64,000 nucleotides of DNA from a bacterium (lineage in GTDB: Bacteria; Zhuqueibacterota; Zhuqueibacteria; Zhuqueibacterales; Zhuqueibacteraceae), in the NCBI GenBank assembly GCA_044869275.1, contig JBIOXB010000130.1, forward strand, positions 1 to 64,000. The letters are read 5' to 3'. Both the position numbers and the translations under genes were made by a program. The notes below the pieces were generated by a model that made no database searches, was not told where the DNA came from, and saw only the letters and a list, made by a program, of their open reading frames with translations. The number at the start of each line of letters is the position of its first letter. The first letter of the stretch is position 1. This document shows, in pieces, positions 56,879 to 64,000 of this stretch.

Positions 56879-56976
56879 GACGTGAGATGTGAGACGTAAG
56901 ACGTGTGACGTAACTCGTAAGCTGTTCTTTCTTTACCGCGTCCTGCTTTTTACGCATTACGCATTATCCTTTACGT
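56879..56976. repeat. 7-mer (GTGAGAC/GTAAGAC) array with an inverted TTACGCA arm
   Basis: Same unit family as 15435-15507. Confidence 0.8.
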
Positions 56977-56983
56977 CCCATCT

Positions 56984-57661
56984 TCAATCAAACGCCGCAG
57001 CACGGTGCGCTTCACGCAGATGCGCCTCCACCTCGGCCAAATGTCTCGGATGCGTGCGGGCCGGGGAAAGCGCGGGAAGCTGATCGAACGCAAAGAAACC
57101 AGCGGCAAGAGTTTCTTCGCTGGGCTGCGCCTCGCCGCCGATGATTTCACAGAGAAAGATGATTTTGTAGGCATGAAAAAAGGACATGGGCCGGCCATCG
57201 CGATTGGCGTCGAACACACCCACGATTTTGCGCGGAATCACTTCAAAGCCGCTCTCTTCGCGCACTTCACGCGCCACCATGTCCGAAGGTTTGTCGCCAA
57301 CGTCCGCCCAGCCACCGGGCATGCACCAGCGTTGATCCGACTTTTCCTGCACCAACAGAATTTTGCCGTCGCGTACCGCAGCGCCGCGCACGTCGATCTT
57401 GGGCGTGGCATAGCCCGTTTGCGCGGTGAATTGTTGCACCCAATTCTCCTGCCGTACCTCTGCATGCCGAGCCACGATTTCGGCTGCGAGCTCACGCAAG
57501 CGCTCGAAGCGCTGGCGATCGAATTCATTCGTCGTAAAAGCCAAACCACTCTGACTGAGCGCTTGTATCTCGCGCGCCCAAGCCAGCCAGAGCGGGAGAA
57601 GATCGGGTGCGGTGGGCATGGCGGCACTCTTCGAATTATTGTTTTGAATTGTTGTGCTCAT
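56984..57661 (-). CDS. Nudix hydrolase with Nudix_N domain (ADP-ribose pyrophosphatase-like)
   Basis: 'WAREIQALSQSGL...FDRQRF', 'GYATPKIDVRG' and Nudix box PGGWADVG..AREVREESG. Start could be 57661 or 57619. Confidence 0.9.
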   Translation of the reverse strand: MSTTIQNNNSKSAAMPTAPDLLPLWLAWAREIQALSQSGLAFTTNEFDRQRFERLRELAAEIVARHAEVRQENWVQQFTAQTGYATPKIDVRGAAVRDGKILLVQEKSDQRWCMPGGWADVGDKPSDMVAREVREESGFEVIPRKIVGVFDANRDGRPMSFFHAYKIIFLCEIIGGEAQPSEETLAAGFFAFDQLPALSPARTHPRHLAEVEAHLREAHRAAAFD

Positions 57662-57743
57662 GCCCGGATATAGCAAACGGCAGCATAAAGATCAACAAGG
57701 GATGCAAAAAAATTGGCCTGGTAGACAAACCAGGCCGGGGCAA

Positions 57744-57863
57744 CAGACTGTGTGAAAACGTAAAATTGTGTCACCCTGAGCGGAGTCGAAGGGTGCTAAA
57801 TTCAATACTCAGGCTTCGACTCCGCTCAGCCTGACTCGAAACAAAGCGTTTTCACACAGTCTG
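57744..57863 (+). mobile_element. MITE-like element, copy 2 (120 bp)
   Basis: Perfect 17-bp terminal IR CAGACTGTGTGAAAACG / CGTTTTCACACAGTCTG and inner CTGAGCGGAGTCGAAG..CTTCGACTCCGCTCAG. Confidence 0.8.
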
Positions 57864-57893
57864 CAAGTTTCCGAACGAAGAGGCTCAGCGTAT

Positions 57894-60800
57894 TTACCGC
57901 GCCAGCAGCATTTTGTGCGTTTGAGTAAAAGAATCCGTTTGCAGCCGATAAAAGTACAAACCCGTGCCGAGGCCAGCGGCGTCGAAACGAACGGAGTACG
58001 AACCTGCCGGCTGCACTTTGTTGACGAGCGTGGCCACTTCGCGTCCGAGCACATCGTAAATGGCCAGCCGGACATGTGTGGCGCGCGGCAAGGCATAGGC
58101 GATGCTGGTCGTGGGATTGAACGGATTGGGATAATTCTGCGCCAGCACGAACTTCCCGGGAATGGTTTCACTTCCGGTTTCCACGACCCCGACGGTGGTG
58201 GGATCGATGAAATACATCACGTTGCGGTCGACCTGGCTGCTGGGCGGCAAGATTTTCTGCACGATACCGCCGCTGCCGTCACTGGCGATACCGAAGTCGT
58301 CGTCATTAACCACCGCCAGCACGTTCGCGCTGATCAGAGCGATGCCCTCGGGTTTGTCGTGCGGATACGAAGGCAGCACGGCGAGCACGTCAACCACCAG
58401 CGTTTTGCTCACCGGTACGATGCCCGCAGCGTTCAATTCTTCAATTGTTAGCTGTTCGAGCGTCTTGTTGTTGATCAAAATGCCGCTGTCGCTGTCCGCC
58501 GGGTCACTTACATCAGTCGCGCCACCGAGGTTGATCTTATAAACACGCTTGTATTGTGCGGGCACCGTGGGATGGCCTGGAAAAGCGCCGTCACGCTCGA
58601 GCACGTGGAACTCGAGGTTCGAGAGGGCGATAATTTCGCTGTTCGCGAGATTCGGAATCTCCTGCAAATAAACATATTGCTGGGTTGCACCCGTGGCAAT
58701 GTTGAAAGTCACAATGCGCGTGAGGCGCGATTTGCTGCGAATGTTATTGCGATCTGAAAAGGGATTGTCCAAAGCTGATTGCATGATGCCGACCAGGGTC
58801 GTGCCGTCAGGCGTGAGGGCCAAACCCTCCATGCCGCGATTGGCCCGCCGCTGGCTGAAGACACGGGGCAACTTGCGCCCGCCCGTGCCCGTGCCGTAAG
58901 GATTGATGCGTTCGAGTGTGCGGCCCTCCGCGTCCACGCGGAGAATGTGCGGGCCGTATTCATCACTGATCCAGAAAGTGCCGTCAGGCAAAGCCACCAG
59001 TCCCTCGGGATCGAGACCCTCAGGATCCGGTGCGAGCGCATTGCCATCGAGATCGATCGCCGTTTCTCCGGTGCCGCCCTGCCCGGCCGGATTCGGCAGG
59101 CCGGTCAGTGCATGGCCAGCAGCATCTTTCAGAGAAATGACTTTTGTGCGGCGCAGGGAATCACCGTCAATTTCGAACAACCCGATCTGCGGCGCGAAGG
59201 CTGGTACCGGAAAAATGAGTTGTCCACTGGTGGTGCTTTCGAAATTGGGACCGCGATCGGTCATCAGATAAAATTGGCCATCGGCATAAGGATGCAGCGC
59301 CATGGCCGAGCCGAAACCTCCGTTATAGACTTTCACGCCGTTGCGCTCGTAGATGACCTCGGGAGAAGCAGCCACCGCCGCGGCGGGATAGGAAACCGTG
59401 ATGACGTCCGCGGCTTCGACCGGAACGAGCTGATAACTGCCGTTGAAGTCGCCGAGCACGCCAGTGAAATCGAAGGTCTTCGCCGGCACTGGCCGGCCGG
59501 CGAGATTGATATCCGCGCCGCCAAAGGTGCTGAGGGTGACGGTACTGGAGCTGCTGCCGGCATCGGCCAAGGGATAATTCTTGTTGGCTTGAAACGCGGC
59601 GTCGCCGAGATTGTCGAGCGTGAGATTGTCGAGGTAAATCAACTCGCTTTCATAAGCCTCGCCATTACCGGCCAGCTCACTGAGGGTCACAAGCTGTGCT
59701 TCCGGCAAGGCATGATCCCGGCTCACCACTTCGAAAGACGTAATCGTATCGATCTCGAGCAGGCCATTGAATTGCGTGAGCCGGCCGGTGACGCGCAATA
59801 AATCGCCGGGCCGCACTTCGCCGTTGGCGATGGCCGTGCGAAACGCACCGCTGCTTTGGAAGGCCGCAAGGCCTCCGGTTTCATCCTGAATGCGCGCCAG
59901 GCGGCCGCGGGCGCGCGTGACCACGCCCTGTGCCGTTAATGTCGAGCCTATGCTCTTTTGCCGCGCTTCGGCGAGGGAAGGCAGCGCGATAATCTCGAAA
60001 ATCGAAACGCTGCCGCTGATTTCATTTGCGACCACCAATAAATCTTTTCCGATCGGGCTTTCGCTCGCGGCAATGTACAGCACGGATTCTGGGCCGAGAT
60101 CGCCAACCGCGCTCAATTGCTCCGGCGTGACGGTCGCCGGATCGAACCCGGCTGAGAAATTTCTGTTGTTGGCATAGGTCACGAATGCCGGCGCGCGAGG
60201 ATTGGTGACGTCATACACAAAAACGCCGCCGATGCGCTCCAGACCAATGAAGGCATATGCGCGGCCGTCAATCCAGCCGACTGCAATGGCTTCCGGCTCG
60301 GGGCCCTTGTCGTCACTGCGCGTATTGAACGAGTTGTTTGCAGCATTGTCGGAATTGAATTGGGCGGGAAGAAGCCCGGCAGTGAGGCGCTCGAAATCGT
60401 CGCCGCTGTCGTAAACCAAGTTGCCGTTGGCGTCCCAAATGGAAAACGAGCGCCCACCGAAGGTGTAGAGCTTGTCGTAGTCGCCGTCGCCATCGGTATC
60501 CCCCATGGATGAAGTGATTTTCAAACGGCCAAGTTTGGCGGCGGTTTTCAGCTCGGCGCCATTGGGAAAGGCGGTGGAATCGAGTGTGGCGCTGCCGATG
60601 CGCACTTCTTCTACGTAGGCAGTGTACTCGCGTGTATCGCCTTCATTTGCCGTGAAGAGGTAGGTCTGCCCTTCAATCGTCAATGCCGTGATGGCATCGG
60701 GCAAATACATTCCCAGCACGGGCCAATTCCGAATGTTGATGCTACCGTCGCGATCGCTGCCATCCAAGCCCTTACCGGCAGCATTGTGATCCTTGAAGCC

Positions 60801-61604
60801 GAGCGGCAGCAGCGCGGTTACGGCCGCGGTGTTGAGATCGACCACCGCGAACGTATTGTTCTCTTGCAGGGTCACGTATGCGGTTTTAGAATCTTCCGTG
60901 ATCGCGGCGTATTCGGGCTCAAAGTTTTGCGCGGCATTGGCATTCGGACCGTAAATGCGGATGCCCTGGCTGCGCAATTGCGCTTCCTGGCCAATGAAGC
61001 TTGCAAAGCTGGCGGTCGCGACCACCGGGTTGGCCGCGCCGTTGGAGATGTCGATAATACTGACGCTGCCCTCGGGATCGACGGCATAATCGGTGCTGGG
61101 CTCGCCCTCATTCGCCACAATGACCTTGCTGCCATCGGGTGTAAAAATCACGGCATCGGGCAATGCGCCGACGGTAACTTCGCTCATGAAGTTTCCTGCG
61201 GTATCGAAGAAAACCACTTTGCCGGGATCTTGCTTAGGAGCGGCCTCGATCGCCACCGCCACCACCCCGTTCTTCACGCTGACGCTGTTGGCGCTCGCGC
61301 CGTAGGCCGTGGCATCGATCGAAGCAATCTTCACCGGCGCTGCCGGATCGCTCAGGTCGAGAATGTCAACCGTGGCCGCCTGCGCATTCACGAAAAAAAG
61401 CTTCTTGCCGGCGGGATCGAAAGCCGCGATCTCCGCTGCGCCCCGAGCATAGACGCCGGTATGATGGCTGCCGAGCAGCTTGAGCTCAAAATGCTGGGCG
61501 GACGCCTGTGAAACATTCAGCACAGAAATGAAGGCGAGAAAACAGGAGATGGCAAGCGGCTTGCGCCGGTGGCCAATGGACGAAAATCTTAACACAAGAT
61601 TCAT
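57894..61604 (-). CDS. Secreted multidomain protein: choice-of-anchor I (phosphatase-associated propeller), OB-fold, phytase-like esterase and T9SS-type CTD
   Basis: 'GALPD..FTPDG..VANEGEP', 'EPEY', 'LQENN', 'RSDDKGPEPE', 'GLERIGG', 'ANEISGS'; 'TDRGPN', 'DPEG..FWISDEYGP', 'NRGMEG', 'KPEG..NDDDF'; 'QNYPNPFNP'. Confidence 0.88.
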   Translation of the reverse strand: MNLVLRFSSIGHRRKPLAISCFLAFISVLNVSQASAQHFELKLLGSHHTGVYARGAAEIAAFDPAGKKLFFVNAQAATVDILDLSDPAAPVKIASIDATAYGASANSVSVKNGVVAVAIEAAPKQDPGKVVFFDTAGNFMSEVTVGALPDAVIFTPDGSKVIVANEGEPSTDYAVDPEGSVSIIDISNGAANPVVATASFASFIGQEAQLRSQGIRIYGPNANAAQNFEPEYAAITEDSKTAYVTLQENNTFAVVDLNTAAVTALLPLGFKDHNAAGKGLDGSDRDGSINIRNWPVLGMYLPDAITALTIEGQTYLFTANEGDTREYTAYVEEVRIGSATLDSTAFPNGAELKTAAKLGRLKITSSMGDTDGDGDYDKLYTFGGRSFSIWDANGNLVYDSGDDFERLTAGLLPAQFNSDNAANNSFNTRSDDKGPEPEAIAVGWIDGRAYAFIGLERIGGVFVYDVTNPRAPAFVTYANNRNFSAGFDPATVTPEQLSAVGDLGPESVLYIAASESPIGKDLLVVANEISGSVSIFEIIALPSLAEARQKSIGSTLTAQGVVTRARGRLARIQDETGGLAAFQSSGAFRTAIANGEVRPGDLLRVTGRLTQFNGLLEIDTITSFEVVSRDHALPEAQLVTLSELAGNGEAYESELIYLDNLTLDNLGDAAFQANKNYPLADAGSSSSTVTLSTFGGADINLAGRPVPAKTFDFTGVLGDFNGSYQLVPVEAADVITVSYPAAAVAASPEVIYERNGVKVYNGGFGSAMALHPYADGQFYLMTDRGPNFESTTSGQLIFPVPAFAPQIGLFEIDGDSLRRTKVISLKDAAGHALTGLPNPAGQGGTGETAIDLDGNALAPDPEGLDPEGLVALPDGTFWISDEYGPHILRVDAEGRTLERINPYGTGTGGRKLPRVFSQRRANRGMEGLALTPDGTTLVGIMQSALDNPFSDRNNIRSKSRLTRIVTFNIATGATQQYVYLQEIPNLANSEIIALSNLEFHVLERDGAFPGHPTVPAQYKRVYKINLGGATDVSDPADSDSGILINNKTLEQLTIEELNAAGIVPVSKTLVVDVLAVLPSYPHDKPEGIALISANVLAVVNDDDFGIASDGSGGIVQKILPPSSQVDRNVMYFIDPTTVGVVETGSETIPGKFVLAQNYPNPFNPTTSIAYALPRATHVRLAIYDVLGREVATLVNKVQPAGSYSVRFDAAGLGTGLYFYRLQTDSFTQTHKMLLAR

Positions 61605-61791
61605 GAACGCCTCCTGATAAGCCTGAAAACAACGCCGAGTTATTTAGCATGACAAACGGTGGGAGATAGGATCTTGGCCTTGCTGCACAAAATGTTGAGC
61701 AGTTTAGGAAGGAAATGTTATGAGAATCTTAACGGAAGGTCAAAAATTGGTTACGGCTGGCGTGAAAACAATTGAGGTGCAGCGAGGCGGA

Positions 61792-64000
61792 TTATGTTTT
61801 TTCAACGGAAGTTGATCCGACGGAGATGACCACCAAAGCCACGTCATCTTGCTGCTCTCCGCGGCAAAAGCTCTCTAATGTTTCGATTACGCGCTGCTGC
61901 AAACCTGCGGCATTGAGCCGGCGATGGGACGCGAGCAGTTCGGCCAGGCGTTCTTCGCCAAATTCTTCTCCCTCTGCATTCCTTGCTTCCGTGACGCCAT
62001 CGGTAAACAATATCACCCGATCACCGGCTGCCAACGCCGTCTCTTCCTGCGCATACACGGCTTCTCTGTGAAGCCCGAAAGCGGCACCGCCCGTTTCGAG
62101 GAGGAGGAAGGAGCCATTTTCCCGCACCAGTATCGGCGCGTTGTGTCCGGCACGCGTGTAAGAGAAGCGCCTTTTTTCAGCATCCAGCACACCGTAAAAA
62201 AACGTGATGAATTTCCCGGCGGAAAGATTGTGGTGCAGAAAGCGATTCACTTTTTGGCAAAGCTCCTGCGGCGGCAATTGTTCCGCAGCAAAAGCCCGTA
62301 CCGCGGCCTGCAAATTCGACATCATCAACGCTGCGGACATGCCTTTGCCCACCACGTCGGCGATGCAAACCGCGATTTTGCTGTCTGAGAACTGCAGTAC
62401 GTCGAAATAATCCCCGCCGATCGTGCGCGCGGGCCGCCACACGCCGGAGATTTGGCAGCCGGAAACTTGCGGAATACTCTGCGGCAACAAGCCTTGCTGA
62501 ATAGCGCGCGCTTGATCGAATTCTTTTTCTTGTTCCCGCAGGCGAAAGTCGTTCATGCCCCCGGCGAGCAGCTCACAAGCGGCGTCGAGAAACTCGCAAT
62601 CCGCATCGTCGTATTCCGCGCCCGAAAGCTTGCCGCCCACGTTGACGAAGCCAAGCGTGCCGCCTTTGTGACGAACCGGCGCCAGCCAGGCGCCATCGAG
62701 GCCGTGCAGTTTCGCCTGCTCGGCTTCGGGCAAATCCCGGTGGCGGGTCTCATTTTTCAAATGAAGCAACGCGCTATCCGGCTCGATTCTGAGTTGATTC
62801 AGAATCTCGTCCGGAGCGCCCACTTTGGCGGCAGCGTGAAACGCTTGGTCGCGCAAGCCCTTAGTAAAAATCACCACGTTGCGATTTTGCAGCGTTTGTT
62901 GCAACTGCTCGGCCACGAGCTGCAGCAGGGTGGGCAGCTCCTGCGCCTCGGCGATGAGGCGCTTGAGCTGGCGCAGAGTATGCGGATAATCCTGCTTTTT
63001 GCGGAAGAAGCGCCGGTCCACGAAATTCTGCACGCGATTCCGCAGCGGAATGAAGAGCACGGCGAGCGCCAGCGTGGCGAAGACGATAAACCAGATGTTT
63101 TGCGCGGCAATGTATTTCAGCAGCCAACCTCCCAATCCCGCCACCAACAAGAAATAACCCGCCAAAACGATGCCCGTCATCAGCGAGTAGACAATGGTTT
63201 TCTGAATGAGGGGATCGATGTCCATCAGCCTGCGCTTCATGAGCGCGAACGCAAAAGAAACAGGTATCAACACATAACAAGCCTTGCGCAGTATCTCGTG
63301 CGCGATCAGCGTCGCCGGCGAGCCCGCCAAGGTTTCAAAGCCGATGACGACAAAGGCGCCGAGACTGAGCGCGGCAAGAACGGCGCGACCGGAGATCGCC
63401 ACAATGGTGCCCCACAACGGCCACTGCACCTGCTTTCTTTCTTCCAACCCGCTTTCGCGATAGCTGCGCACGAGCACGAGGCAGGAGGTAACGAGAAAAC
63501 ACAATCCCAGCAGTAGAAAACTGGCGAAGGCGAACGCCTGCCCTAGGCTCAACGCCGCCATGCTGCCTGGCCACCCCGCCTGCAAGCTTGTGCTCTCGGG
63601 CGGGCGTTGCAGTTTGAAAAGAATGAAAATCAGGGCCGTCGATGATAGCGGCAGGATATAAACCCAGTTTAACACAGAAGGGCGCTTTTGCAGCACGGGG
63701 CGTTCATGCGGAAAGACCAGCGACATGTGCAACAGCAAAGGAAAGAACAGCGCGAAAAGCGTGAGCGCCAGCAGAAATCCCAGCGGGAGCTCGAAAAAAT
63801 GCAACGTGCGAATGGCGCCCGCAGCATTCATCCAGTCAGCCTGCAAAAAAGCTTCGATGAAGAAATGGCCGGCGGCGACGGCGAACAGCAGATAACATAT
63901 GAAAGCCCGGCGGTCGTTTGGTCTTTTCCAATAAATGTATGCGCCGATGGCGATGAAAGCCCAGGCGACGACCAGGCTCGTGATCATGCCGACCATGATC
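61792..64000 (-). CDS. Multi-TM GAF-SpoIIE/PP2C phosphatase (5' end beyond the window)
   Basis: About 9 TM helices, 'PLRNRVQNFVDRRF', a GAF-like region, then 'ARAIQQGLLP', 'GGDYFD', 'ADVVGKG', 'FTDGVTEA' and 'DDVAL'. Confidence 0.9.
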   Translation of the reverse strand, partial: IMVGMITSLVVAWAFIAIGAYIYWKRPNDRRAFICYLLFAVAAGHFFIEAFLQADWMNAAGAIRTLHFFELPLGFLLALTLFALFFPLLLHMSLVFPHERPVLQKRPSVLNWVYILPLSSTALIFILFKLQRPPESTSLQAGWPGSMAALSLGQAFAFASFLLLGLCFLVTSCLVLVRSYRESGLEERKQVQWPLWGTIVAISGRAVLAALSLGAFVVIGFETLAGSPATLIAHEILRKACYVLIPVSFAFALMKRRLMDIDPLIQKTIVYSLMTGIVLAGYFLLVAGLGGWLLKYIAAQNIWFIVFATLALAVLFIPLRNRVQNFVDRRFFRKKQDYPHTLRQLKRLIAEAQELPTLLQLVAEQLQQTLQNRNVVIFTKGLRDQAFHAAAKVGAPDEILNQLRIEPDSALLHLKNETRHRDLPEAEQAKLHGLDGAWLAPVRHKGGTLGFVNVGGKLSGAEYDDADCEFLDAACELLAGGMNDFRLREQEKEFDQARAIQQGLLPQSIPQVSGCQISGVWRPARTIGGDYFDVLQFSDSKIAVCIADVVGKGMSAALMMSNLQAAVRAFAAEQLPPQELCQKVNRFLHHNLSAGKFITFFYGVLDAEKRRFSYTRAGHNAPILVRENGSFLLLETGGAAFGLHREAVYAQEETALAAGDRVILFTDGVTEARNAEGEEFGEERLAELLASHRRLNAAGLQQRVIETLESFCRGEQQDDVALVVISVGSTSVEKT

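Overview
GC-rich (about 55-60% by eye) bacterial chromosomal window. Secreted proteins with 'QNYPNPFNP' C-terminal sorting domains, beta-propeller sensors, a FecI/FecR/TonB locus and waaA point to a diderm FCB-group organism; a KSB1/Calditrichota-like lineage is an inference. In order it holds: the end of a secreted CTD protein; a decayed two-gene module and an internally deleted NACHT-FGE pseudogene; a propeller-PP2C sensor; a conserved envelope cluster (LytR_C, waaA, MFS-HEAT); an unannotated 41-aa secreted peptide behind a sigma54-type promoter; a four-gene holin-like/amidase/coiled-coil cassette with no phage genes around it; a CHASE2 adenylate cyclase/beta-barrel/FecR/Ig/OmpA cluster; an odd tandem sigma-like cassette; an ECF-FecR-TBDR alpha-glucoside/trehalose locus (GH65, unclassified hydrolase, MFS, GH37); a hybrid two-component system; a DEAD-box helicase; GH63; exported MsrB/MsrA; a lipoprotein-barrel pair; two inverted copies of a ~120-bp MITE; a Nudix hydrolase; a phosphatase/phytase-like fusion; and a second PP2C sensor. 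Many intergenic gaps carry short-period tandem repeats arranged as palindromes. I saw no rRNA, tRNA, CRISPR array, transposase or reverse transcriptase. The best candidates for an undescribed system are the holin-amidase cassette (12011-15093), the sigma54 peptide (11673-11874) and the CHASE2/FecR/barrel cluster. All family assignments come from motifs recognised by eye, not from database searches.
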